From: Microthyrium microscopicum
Lineage: Eukaryota
Direction of reading: 5' to 3'
Assembly (NCBI GenBank): GCA_010405405.1
Contig: MU004231.1
Span: 2,908,401 to 2,972,400, forward strand
DNA: 64,000 bases
Of this stretch, positions 1-11,800 are shown piece by piece (the stretch's first letter is position 1; each line of letters opens with the position of its first letter). The notes beneath the pieces are model-generated. The model was given only the letters and a program-made list of their open reading frames with translations. It searched no databases and was not told the origin of the DNA. The position numbers and the translations under genes were made by a program.

Positions 1-2609
1 TTAGTACCGTCATCATCCGGTGCTGTCTTGCCTTTTTTCTTCTTCTCCGCTTTCCTGGCCTTTCTTTGCTTCCTTGCCTTTCTGTGAGCCTTCTTCTGAC
101 GGGCATATTCCTCTTTCTCTTTCTTGATCTGCTCGTCTCTCTTCTTTTTCAGTTCCTCATCCCTCTTCTTCATCTTTTCATCTCTAATCTTCTTTTTCGC
201 TGCCACCTTTTTATCAAGTTCATCTCTCAGGCGCTTATGTCTAGCCTTCTCTCTGTCTCTCTCCTTCTGACGACGAGCTCTTTGCCTGACCATCTCGTCT
301 CGATTGCGCTGCTTATTCTCTTTCAACTCATTGTCATAATTTCCAATTTCAAGCTCGCGCAGTTTGCCTTTGGAGTGAGTGAGATCAAAACTTTTTCCAA
401 TGGCCAGAAGCTTTTCCCGACGATCATCCCGATACTCGCGAATGATCTGATCTGGGGTTCTCTTGTTATCGACGCGTTCCGCAGTGATCTTTAGAAGAAG
501 CTCGTAAGTGCCAGGCTCAAGATCAATTTCAGCATTGCATGACCGCATATTTCCAGACTGCTGCATTGAACGCAGCAGGTAAATATTCTCGCCTTTCTTG
601 TACAGTCTGAAATGTAGGCTATACTTGTAGCGACCAGTCAAGCCCTTGAAATATCGCGTATCTGGTTGCGACAGGACTAAAACGACAGGCCCGGCCTTGG
701 TAACAGTCACCTCAAAGCCAGTGTCAAGATAATCCGTGGTCCAGGGCACATTGACTGAAGTCCATTGCTGCGTTACAGTCCATTCCGGGCCAATAAGGCG
801 AATTCTGTCGATAACAGGATAGTACTTCAAGAAATCCTGATAGGAAATAAAGAATGTTCCATCGTCGCCCATCGTATGATTCAGCTCTTTCAAGACATCT
901 GGCGTCCATTCTTTGCTTCCATCACTCCAAGCTCCGTTCCATTCTTGGTTGCCCCAAGGATTGTGAAGCTTTAGAAGTCTGATCTTGCCATCTTTGGTTA
1001 TCTCCTTCTTCCTCTTCTCTTGCTCTTCCTTCAATTTCTTTTTGGAAAGCTTCCTGCCTTCGAGGGGCGGTGCATCAATCTCGCGGGCTTCTAGAACTGT
1101 ATATGCATGACCTCTCACGAAACCCTCGTCATCAGCCGAATCACTATCACGACCTTTCCGAGTTCCACATCCGAAGAGAAACTTGTCATTGACTTGCATC
1201 AATTCGCCCCAGAGTTGGGCCTTGTCCAAGACATTCTCTGAGCGAACATAGCTTGCAACACCGCCAGTCAGATCTTCGATTCCTTCACTACACAGTGTGA
1301 GTTGAAATAACAGGTCGAGACTGACTTGACTTACCCAGTGACTCCGCCATCAATTGATTGATAGTCGCCGTGCGCTTTCGCGTATGCTTTCTCGATCAAT
1401 GGTAGCCAGGTCTCATTCGACTCTCGACAACTGCCAAAGTACAGCGCATTACTTCCTCGACGTAGAGTTTGCGAAAAGTCCTTGGGCAGCACTTGGACGA
1501 CATGCCCCATTTCTTGCAAAGAATGTGTAAGAGCATTCTTATCACCTCGAGTGATAACCAAAAAGTCTGTAGGATGTTGTTGCTGGTCGTCGGAATATCG
1601 AAGAGCAAGTCTATCATCCACAACCTCCGATATCCATTCACCATCTATATCATTAGTTGACGCTCCTTAAAACTGCTTGTATGCTCTTACCGCGGAAGAA
1701 AACAAATCCATACACTCCAACCTTTTCATCTCTGGCGACACAGAGCTTTTCGATCAGCTCTGGCTTTCCACTCAGTGCTGTGATTGCTGCTAGAAACCAA
1801 CAGTCTCCGACATTGCCTTGTCGAATGTCGTTGGCGCTAGGCCCATCTTCGAAGAATTCCGGCTCGTCAAATATATCCTATAAAAATAAGCCCATGCTCC
1901 TGTGACTTTCAATAATCCTTACCTCGACTCTCTTGACCGCTCCAACTCCCACCACATCCTTCACAGATGAAGGTTGCTCATCAGCGCCCAGGGATACAAG
2001 TGTGTCCCATTCGGGCAAACAAAACATCCTGTCATGATATTTCTGGTTGAGTCGTTTGCACTCGCGTACGATCGCTTCGACTTTGGCTTTGCAGGAATCC
2101 GCAGCCTCTTTATACGATGTCCATGCCTTTTGACTATCAACGTTTTAGTAAACGTAAAGCTAAAGAGCAATAGCAAAATATATATACCTGCTCTCAACAC
2201 CTTCTTCGTTGATATTCACAGCATGACCTGGCTGACCCTCAATATCCGTATCCAAGCTTGGTACCGGCCTAACAACCTTATTTTTGTCCTTAAATTTGCC
2301 AGCTCTCCCCTCTCCAACCTCCTCCTTCTTGCTGCGCTGCTTTTGCAACGTGAAGCGATCCCATGCTCGATAGAACTGATCGTTTTTATACCGTCGGCGA
2401 CTGATTATAGATCCTGGAGGTGGTGGAGGGGGTGGGCCGAGTTTATTCAATCTATGGCGTGGTTCATGGATTGGAGATGGGGGAAGTGGAATAGGGAGCG
2501 GCGGTGGCGGATGGGGATAGTCCGTGATAAGTCGTATAGTAATAGGCGCAGGGATGGGATACATCGGTTTGGGAGGTGGTGGTGGTAAGGGATCTCTTCG
2601 AGGGGGCAT
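1..2609 (-). CDS. Calpain-like cysteine protease (peptidase C2), multi-exon, runs off the window start
   Basis: Spliced minus-strand reading gives DIRQGNVGDCWFLAA (catalytic Cys, ~1790-1830), TWLPLIEKAYAKAHGDY, GHAYTVL (His, ~1100) and KLHNPWG (Asn, ~960). Pro-rich exon 1 starts at ATG 2609, with a GT-AG intron at 2187-2134. Confidence 0.88.
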
Positions 2610-3709
2610 GTTCTCTAGTACTTCCTCCACGATGGAAGTCCTCGACAGCAGTATTGATACAGCGGGAGAAGAATAAGGTCTCGAAATCACAATGAAATGT
2701 GGTCGGAGTCAACCAAAAGAAGAGCTCCTTCAAACGAAGCGTAGTACTCGCAATTGCAATATAATCGCGTGGAAAAAATGGTGTTGAGTTTCAACTTTCA
2801 ACATGAAGATCACCAAAAACAAAATCGTGAACAGAGGAGCATAGAAGCGGCCTCAGTGGTATGGATGAACGGAAGATGCAGTCAGACCATTCGCGACTTG
2901 AATACGGACAGCAGATATCGGTCTACTCCAAGACTCAAGCCAAGCTCGCATTGCCTGGAAATCCAGCCAGCAACATCAGGCTGTGCTTCAAAGCGGCTGA
3001 GAACTGCACTCCCATGCGAGAGTACACATCGCGCGACCACAAAATCTAGGCCACAGAGTCCAAGCCTGGCGAATAAAGGCCAAGATCGGGGGCGCCTTGA
3101 GCGGGGCAGCGAATTGAATTGGTGGCGTCTGACCTGCAGGTAGGTCTTTTGGCATATTTTCGTGCCTTTGACCGGTCTGATAACTCTTGTCCGTGGAATA
3201 TCAAGGTTTGGCGCTGATAAAAGATTCATATTTCGATCCGCGTTAGCAAAACTTGCTCCCAGAACTTGATTTGTTTGCGCTTGCTCTCAGGAGATATGCT
3301 AGACTGAACGTTAAATGCCTCACGTTGAACTTGTATATAGTCGGACACAATTATGTGGCGTAACTATTTTTGGAAAGTTAGAGAAAACACGAACTAAGTT
3401 TATCTGTCTGCGCTCTTGGCTAAGAGGGGATTAAAACTTAGTCTCATATCGCCTATAGAAAAGATTGGCGGACAGAGATCTGAAACAGTGTAAAACCTCT
3501 ATTGGTAACTTCACAGCTTCATCTGTCCATGTTTCTACAAGAGCATACCAGGGATATCAGCAACGCACGATCTGGAGCTTTGAGTAATTCAAAAAGCCAA
3601 GGTATCTGGCTCAACTGGATGTCCTATCATTTCGAAAAGGTCAAACTGCTGTAATACAGTATAGGCCTTGACCATTGAAGCTCAAATATTCTGATTGAGC
3701 GTCATTATT

Positions 3710-4828
3710 CTATGTCTCCCATCTCGTCCTTTGTGGAGAAACATACTCTCTGGCTCCCTCAGTGCACAGAAGCACAACAGTAGCATCTGGTCCAAGTTGC
3801 TCTTTTAACAAGCCGTCCTTGACGAGTCGATACAAGGCCGCAAGACTCGCAGCACCGCAAGGACCAGCAGCGATACCATAAGAGCGAAGTTTCTTTACAG
3901 ATTCGTCTGCTTCGACATCGGAAATGATCATGCTAGCGTCGACTCCTGCTTCCAGAATCTCCCATGCCGTGAGTGATACAGTTCCGCAATTCATACCGTC
4001 CATGATTGTCTGCGAAGTCTCCACACACACGGTCTTTCCTTCCTTGAGACTTTCATGGAGACAAGGAGAACTCTCTGGTTCTACCGTTATTACTGAAGTT
4101 TGTAACGAAGCCTTGGACTTGTAGTGTGAGACGACAGCTTGGGCGAGAGATCCAACTCCGACAGGTGTAATAATCATGCTTGCGGTCAAATGTTGCTCAT
4201 TTAGCTGTTCGTCAATTTCGCGTAGCATAGTTGAATATCCCTCGACAATCCACGATGGGATTTGTTCATAACCTTCAAAAGCGGTGTCCTGAATAAGTAG
4301 ATTCCTTGGATCTTTCTGAGCTGCTTCATAAGCGATATGCACCGCCGCGTCATATGATCCTTTGACTGCAGTGACTGTGGCCCCTTCGCCGGCAATGATG
4401 GCTTTGGTTGCATCATCCGTGAACTGTGGGACGAATACTTCAGCATCGATGCCGAGTATCTTCGCCATACGGGCCAGTGCACGTCCGTGATTGCCATCGG
4501 TAGCCGTAACCAACTTGATGGACCGTTTGACCGCTTCTTGAGATAAGTGCTCCAGTGATGAGTTCAGAGGAAGGCCGGCTTTGTCAGCAATGGCACGAAA
4601 GGTTCCCCAGGAAGCGCCTAGTATCTTAAAGGACGGTAGGCCAAGACGATCGCCCTCATATTTTACAAGTACATTCTTTACACCAAGGTCTTGAGTGACC
4701 TGATCCAATTTCAAAAGAGGGGTTGTCGTGTATAGCGGAAGGCTTTGGTGGTATGATCGTATGACTCCTGGGTCTTTAGGGGCCAGAAAGAGTTTCCCGA
4801 CCCGTTTCGGAGATGTATTGATATACAT
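3710..4828 (-). CDS. PLP-dependent diaminopropionate ammonia-lyase family enzyme (fold type II), intronless
   Basis: 372-aa ORF with RLGLPSFKILGASW (PLP lysine), TATDGNHGRA, PVGVGSLA and TIMDGMNCG motifs. Confidence 0.85.
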   Translation of the reverse strand: MYINTSPKRVGKLFLAPKDPGVIRSYHQSLPLYTTTPLLKLDQVTQDLGVKNVLVKYEGDRLGLPSFKILGASWGTFRAIADKAGLPLNSSLEHLSQEAVKRSIKLVTATDGNHGRALARMAKILGIDAEVFVPQFTDDATKAIIAGEGATVTAVKGSYDAAVHIAYEAAQKDPRNLLIQDTAFEGYEQIPSWIVEGYSTMLREIDEQLNEQHLTASMIITPVGVGSLAQAVVSHYKSKASLQTSVITVEPESSPCLHESLKEGKTVCVETSQTIMDGMNCGTVSLTAWEILEAGVDASMIISDVEADESVKKLRSYGIAAGPCGAASLAALYRLVKDGLLKEQLGPDATVVLLCTEGAREYVSPQRTRWET

Positions 4829-5233
4829 TTCAAATTGTGACTTTGAATCGAGCCATAGTATTGTTGCTGGTATAACTTGAGCATAGACAGGTAGGTAGAA
4901 ACGAGGAGGTGTTGGTTGCTCTGACAGTCAATAAAGTTTTAAGTGGAGCCTGGCCCACGCCATTTTCAGTCCAAGCTGATGTTGGAGTGTCAGTCAAGAA
5001 GAAAAATAAACATATAGGGATGAAAACGAGATTTACTAAAATAAACAATACGGCAAAGTAACAGGAGAAGCATTCAGAGCTGAGAAAGCGTGACGGGAGA
5101 ATTGTAAGGATGCTCTTTGCATACGCTTGTATATATACAAAAAAAAGGCAATTCTTCGATGATTATTCGCAAGAACCTTGAGAAAGGAACATGTAAATCT
5201 TTGCCATATTATACATGTGGACTAACCGAAAAC

Positions 5234-5305
5234 GGACTGTTGGCGCAATGGTAGCGCGTTGGTTTTCGGCACCAAAGGTTGCGCGTTCGAGCCGCGTGCA
5301 GTCCT
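5234..5305 (+). tRNA. tRNA-Arg, anticodon TCG, intronless
   Basis: Cloverleaf: acceptor GGACTGT/GCAGTCC, D arm GCGC-AATGGTA-GCGC, anticodon stem TTGGT/ACCAA with loop TT-TCG-GC, T arm GCGCG-TTCGAGC-CGCGT. A T10 Pol III terminator follows at 5315-5324. Confidence 0.92.
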
Positions 5306-5448
5306 TGACGAATCTTTTTTTTTTACATTTGGAAGAAGTACTGCTTTCTGGACTATCTTCACAGTGCAGGCAGTATATTTTTTTGCTACTGTCTATCGCT
5401 CACAACTCGATCTCTAAGGATTAAGTGTGAATGATACTTCCTAACTTG

Positions 5449-5662
5449 CAAGGGGTAGACAAAATACCTACATGGCGCGCTCTCAGCGAATGCGCTGTCT
5501 ACCACCGCACCTTTAAAACATCAGATTCTCTTAATCCCATCGAATTCGATATTCAGAGCTTTTTTTTCGCCTTAGAAAGGAAACGAAGTAGTTTCATCGG
5601 AATGTAGTGGATAGGAGCCAACGAAGGTAATGGAGCGCGCCATTTATTTTGTCCTCCGGTTG
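5449..5662. mobile_element. MITE-like non-autonomous element, copy 1 (214 bp)
   Basis: Imperfect TIRs CAAGGGGTAGACAAAATACCTACATGGCGCGCTC ... GGAGCGCGCCATTTATTTTGTCCTCCGGTTG. Flanked by a 5-bp direct repeat ACTTG (5444-5448 / 5663-5667). Homologous to 28954-29166. Confidence 0.75.
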
Positions 5663-6064
5663 ACTTGGTACGCTTGACATGGCTGCTCCTCGAGCATTAT
5701 TCTATTCGTATCAATGCATCTTGACAGAGCTATTGACCAGATATTTTGGTACATTGGATTTGCCATCCAATATCTGCTGTCGCTAAGTTCTCAAACTTTT
5801 GCTAATACAAATCAAGCTCTACCTCAAGCCAAACTCAAGCTCTTCAGCTCATCAGGCTGAACTACTCTATCTTAGTGATGCAATATTTCTCACTTACGCG
5901 GTATACTAAGATCCGTCGTATACCGCCGTTATTTATAGTATACCAATCCGCGGCCGTATACAGCATATAATTGGTGTAATAAGAAGACACGTATTTGTAT
6001 AAGAAACTTAATTGCTAAATAGGGATTAGCGTACCTTTAAATTAGATCTTTTCACAACATCTTA

Positions 6065-7867
6065 ACGTAAGGGGATAGGATCCTAGCAGGCATAGTAACT
6101 AGCAGCCCTACTACCTTAAAATTAAATAGATCTAGATAACTTCAAACTACTATAAATTAATTAAATAATGCTTAAATTTAATAATTTAAAATAAAAAACT
6201 CTTTAGCTAATATAGCTAATGCCGTAGATTAATTTAAAAATAGAGAATTTACTTTAGTTACTACTTACTTATAGATTACTAGAATTCCTCGTAGAACGAT
6301 TTAGAATAGACTAAATAGGGTATTACCTTAAAAACTAGCCTATAGATCTTAGTAGAAAATACCTCCTAATATAGAGAATTATCTTATAGACTAGATACTA
6401 GCAAAAGATCGTACTAGATACTTACCTACTTATATATATATCTATATTTTTACTTAAGAAATACTTAAATCTACTAGCCTACTATTTAATCTTAGAGAGA
6501 AGTAGTATTAATACTTTATTAATAAATATAATGAAGTTAAATTAGTTTTATTACGTAAGATTAATTTAGATTATATTAATAGATATAATTTAGCTATAAT
6601 AAATAAGTTTTTTAATTACCTAGAAGTAATTTAAAAGGAATATTATATTATACTAATAAATAAGTATAATATAAATGAATCTAGCCTCTAAATAAGCAAT
6701 ACTAGTAACGAATAAGTTATTATAATATCTAAATCTACTATAAAGTAAGTAGTAGTTAAAATACCTACTAGAGTTAAATAAAACACTACTCTAAAAATAA
6801 TTTCTACCCTTAGGGCTTACCTTAATCTACTAGTTATCTTTATAAGCAAATCTATATAGAGTACCTAGATTCTGAATTAATTTAATACTAAGGATTATAA
6901 AAATTAGCAATTTACATATTCTTAAAATAATTAGACTTCTAACGACATAGGCGTTTACTAGCTTTAGGAATACTTTATACTATAAACTAAACCTTCTTAT
7001 CGTAAGATATAGCGTCTTTTAATCCTTAATAATTATAAATTACATTATTTTTTTTGCTTTATACGTATTTGCTTTAAAAATTAGATTATTTTACTATATA
7101 TTCTACTATATACTTCCTATATTTTATAGCCGCTAGATCTTAGTATATTTAGACCTATTAAGACATTATATTATTATAAACTTAGTAAGTTTACTAGAAT
7201 ATTTAATAAAGCTTTAATTCCTAAAGCTAGATTTATTAAAATATATTATAAAATCTATCCTAAGGCTATTATAAAAGCTAACGCTTTATCTAGCTTTAAA
7301 AAGGTAAGAATTTAGCCTTTAAATTACGAAAAACCACTCTTATCTTACTTTGTTAAGGAATCTAGACTAATAGAGATAATTACTACCTAAATTACTATTA
7401 GAGGACTTTTTGTTTCCTAGATTCTAAAGCTAATTAAGCAATTAGCGAGTAATTATAATTATAGGAAGTAGATCCGCGATATATAAGCTAAAATTTAGCG
7501 TCTTTAAGCTAAACTTTCCTACACCAAAATATTATTATCTACTATAGAATAAAGGATATCTTTAATAAAAGCTTTAAAGAAGCGTAAAAGGATAAGTAAA
7601 ATAGATTCTACTAAGAAACTATATACTATATAGGAATTTTTAGGTACTTAGGAATTAGTACGCTTAAAGGTAGAGGAAGAGCGTAAAAGAGCTAAAAGGA
7701 GAGCTAAAAAGACAAAGAAATAAAAGTCTAGATTCACCGCTATATAATACATTTAATTTTATAATTATATCTTATGTTTTAGTTATTTAATTATAAAGTA
7801 AAGCAGTTTAGATTATTTAATTTAGGGTGCTAGTTACTATGCCTACTAAGATCCTATCTCCTTACGT
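6065..7867 (+). mobile_element. RIP-inactivated Tc1/mariner (Fot1/Pot2, pogo-like) DNA transposon nested in the hAT
   Basis: ~45-bp TIRs starting ACGTAAGGGGATAGGATCC and ending GATCCTATCTCCTTACGT, with a TA TSD; 1803 bp long. De-RIPped DDE_1 transposase motifs: YNMDESG (~6665), GWTSND (~6930), LLILDGH (~7015), PHTSHILQPLD (~7105-7140). Confidence 0.92.
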
Positions 7868-8721
7868 TATATCTTTTTATCTACTAAGAATATACCTAAC
7901 TTTACTAGATAATTACTCTAGTATTTAGCTCCTAAATAATAAAGATTTTAATAGCTATATATTCTTCTCGTTTAGCTCTACATAGTAGTATTAGATTTAA
8001 TATAATTTAAGTAATATTTATAATTCTAATCTACCTCTAGAAACACTATAATCTTTTAGCTAAAATAGCTCTAAGACGAGTAAATTAAACTTAAAATAAA
8101 TAAGTATATATATTATAATATTAGGTATTATTACCTAATCCTAATCCTATTATAAAGAAGCAATAGTAATGCTATTATTATACTTATTCTCTTTAAGAAT
8201 ATCTTAAACAATAAGAAGAATATTTTTATAAAGAGAGATAAATTTTAGCTATTTCTATTATAGCTCCTATTATTAGTTAATCTTTTATAGCAATTTTATA
8301 TACTTAGTAGTAAATTAAATAGGATTAATAATATATAAAGAGAGTAATTTAAGAAGCTCTACTACTTAATACGTATAATAAAATATTATATTTAATAACT
8401 TACGCGTATAAAATTAAATATATAAATTTAGTAGGTATTCTTACTTATTTACCTCTATAGAGAGGGTAAATGCTAGCTCTTATTAAAGAGCTCTATAATA
8501 AAGATCTACTAAAGCTAAAAAGTATACTTAGGAATTAATCTCTTCTTAACTTCTCTCTAGACAAAACTATAAATAAAGTAGGTTACTAAATAGCTAATTT
8601 CTATATTATTATACTATTACTTAGTTCCTTCTTTCTTAAAAATATTAATTTAGGTAGAGAATATATAATATCTTTAAATCTAGCTTTATATCTTTTAGAA
8701 GCTTTTAATTAATAAATAGAG

Positions 8722-8883
8722 TATTAGGGGTTAAACTCCTTAAAGCTATGCCCGTTTGGGCTACCTCTATTATATATAAACACCTTAATTAAAGAGTCTC
8801 TTAACTTTTCTTTCTCTCTAAGTTACCTTCCTATTTAGTAAGCTTATAATATAACTTATCTTTTCGTTATCTAACCTATAATA
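8722..8883 (+). repeat. 5' LTR of gypsy element
   Basis: Direct repeat of 16139-16300. The TA...TA ends are consistent with RIP of TG...CA. Confidence 0.92.
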
Positions 8884-11800
8884 TTAGGTAACTTTAAAAC
8901 TAACTTCTCTTTTTTACTTACTTTCTCTCTATCTATTAATAAATAGCTAAAATAGTAAACTAAGATTTCTCTCGCCTAATAACTACTAAATAGGATAAAG
9001 AAATATTTTCTAAGAGCTTTATTTATAAGAACGTAGAAGCGTACTTTATGTATATTAATTAATAATAAATAAAGCTATAGAGATACTTAAACGTATTTTA
9101 AGAGGTAACTAATAATAGCTTATAATAAGTAATAAATAGTATTTTACTACTTAGTAATATGCTAGGTTTATTTATCTTATAGTTATATATAGCTACTACT
9201 AGTTATAGATAAGCTCTTAAGTAGCTAAATACCTTAAATAATAAAATTTATATATAATTAAATAAGAATACGTAATAAATTATAATAGTCTATACTAAAC
9301 TCTAAGCTTAAATTAATAGCTAGAATAAATAACTTACTAATATCTATACTAGTAGTAAAATCCTTATATAGTAAGTAAATAATACTACTTATAATATATT
9401 ATCTTAATAGTAATAATAAAAATAAGAATAACTTTAGAGGGAATCTATAATACTTAGCATAACTCTTTCTTTAATACTAGCTATATTCTTTACTAAAGAG
9501 ACCTTTAATTATAGCTATTATCCTTCTTTAATTCTAAGAGCTAATCTTTTTTAAATTTTAATTATAATAGCTAGATTAATAAGTCCTTCTCTACCTTCTT
9601 TAATAAATCTTTTAGCTACTTAGTATAAGCTACTTTAACTATTATTATAAAACTTTTAACTAGCTTTCTTAAATCTAGAATAATATTCTTATAAAAATCT
9701 AATTCTCTATCCTAGCTTTTACTAAATAATTAAAGTAAAATTATATATTAATAGATAGATTTATATAAATAACTATACCTAAATCTATTATATATTTAGC
9801 TAGCTAATTAGAGACGCTATTTAATAAGTTTTCTCTTAGATTTAGAATCCTACTAGCTATAGTATTATAAGTTTTAGTAAGTTTATAGAATAAATAGACC
9901 TTCTCTTTTATAATCTATATAAAGAAATAAGAGCTTTAGTAAACCTTTAAAGGATTTAGTAAAGAAGTAGAGAATAGAGAATCTTTTAAGCTAAGTTTTA
10001 GTAGTATTTTATCTATACTAGAGTATAATTTTAGGCTACTTTTATCTAGATATAGTTCTTAGAAAATACTATAGATTTAAGCCTTAAAATAGCTCTAATT
10101 ATTTACTTTTAGCTTAATAACTTAGATACTTTTACCTAAAAAGCTTTAGAGACCTAGAATTAAATAGTTTAAGCCTATATAAGCTATTATAGCCTAAGAG
10201 GCCTAAGTACTAAAATAAATACTTAGTAGACTTAGCTATTTAGGAATTAGGACCTAGATATAATAGAAAATATTTAGATTAGAGCTAGCTAAGCCTAGTA
10301 TAACTATTATAAGTAAAATAATCTTTATTTTTACTATAGCTTAGCTAATTATAGAATTTAAAATTATAAATAGGTGCTCTAAGCATTATTTAGAAATTAG
10401 AATTTCTTCTATAGCTAGGCTAGCTATAAATAAAGATAAAGTAAAAGAAATACTACTAGAAGTAGATACTTATAGAATAATACTAGTAGATTCTAGGCTA
10501 GTGCTACTAATACTTTAAATACCTTCTAAGGTAGCTAGCTAGTAAGGGCTACTACTACTTAGCTAAGAAATAATAATCTTTATAATAATCTATATAATAT
10601 TATTAATATAAAATTAAAAAACTAGTAAGCTTAGATTAAAAACGTAATACTAAGCTAGAAAATTATAAAAATATTATTTTAGAATAGTATTAAAAGTTCT
10701 TTACTTAAGATATAGTTATAAAGCTCTTTTTAATATTTTTAATAGTAAATTAACTTTCTTTATATATAGGCTTTATTAATAATAGCTACTTAACCTATTC
10801 TTTTATAAGTCTCTACTTTACTTAAAGATATAAATTTAAACGTATACTACTACTTTAAGTAATTCCTATTAAAGAAATAAATAATAAAGCTAAAGAAATT
10901 TATAAAATAGTAATTATAAAGATTAATATTAAAGGCTATAAAGAAACTATTTAAGCCTTTATAGTAAAAAAGACCCTAGGTTATAATATAATTCTTAGCT
11001 TACTTTAGATAAAAAAATAAGATATTATTCTTTATATAAAACCTAAGAAGCTAGTTTTTAATAAAATAGATTATATAGTTATAAGTCTAAAGACTCTTTA
11101 GAAGAAGTATAATTATATAGTAATTAGAGCTATAGTATTTAAGATATTTATCTAATAAGCTAAAAAGTAGACAAAATAGTCTTAAAAAGACTTAATACTA
11201 ATTATATAAGTCTTTACTATAAGTCTTTATAACTTATAAAAAGCCTTTACTCTAAAAAAGTATATTAATCCTTATAAAAAGCTTTTTAAATAGTATTTAG
11301 ATTACCTTAACCTTTTTTAAAGAAAGCTAGCTAATAAGTAGCTACCTATCTAAGACCCTTTTATAGACTATAAGATTAACCTAATCCTAGACGCTAATAG
11401 AAAAGAATCTTAGTTATCCTAGTAAGTATTATATTCTATAAATTAAGATAAGTTATTAGCTCTTAAAAGAATCCTTAATAATCTATTAGAAAGTAGGTTT
11501 ATTTAAGTAAATAACTTACTTATTAGAGTACTAGTTTTTTTTATTTATAAAGTAGATAGATTAATTTAGTTTTATTATAACTACTATATATTAAATAAGT
11601 TAACTATAAAGAACTATTACCTCTTACTACTTATTTATAAGATACTAAATACTTTAAGAAAAGTATAATAGTTTACTAAACTAAATATATCTTAAGTATT
11701 CTATAAGATTTAGATATATAAGAGTAATAAATAAAAGATAGCCTTTTAAATATAATATAGCTTATTTAAATAAATAGTAATACTATTTAAGTTATTAAAT

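Noticed and set aside
66..494. Hydrophobic 142-aa plus-strand ORF, and similar antisense ORFs over SMC1 and the HET coiled coil
   Set aside because: These are shadow ORFs opposite K/E/R-rich coding sequence on the other strand.
5215..5424. 69-aa ORF overlapping the tRNA
   Set aside because: It is incidental; the sequence is explained by the tRNA cloverleaf and its terminator.
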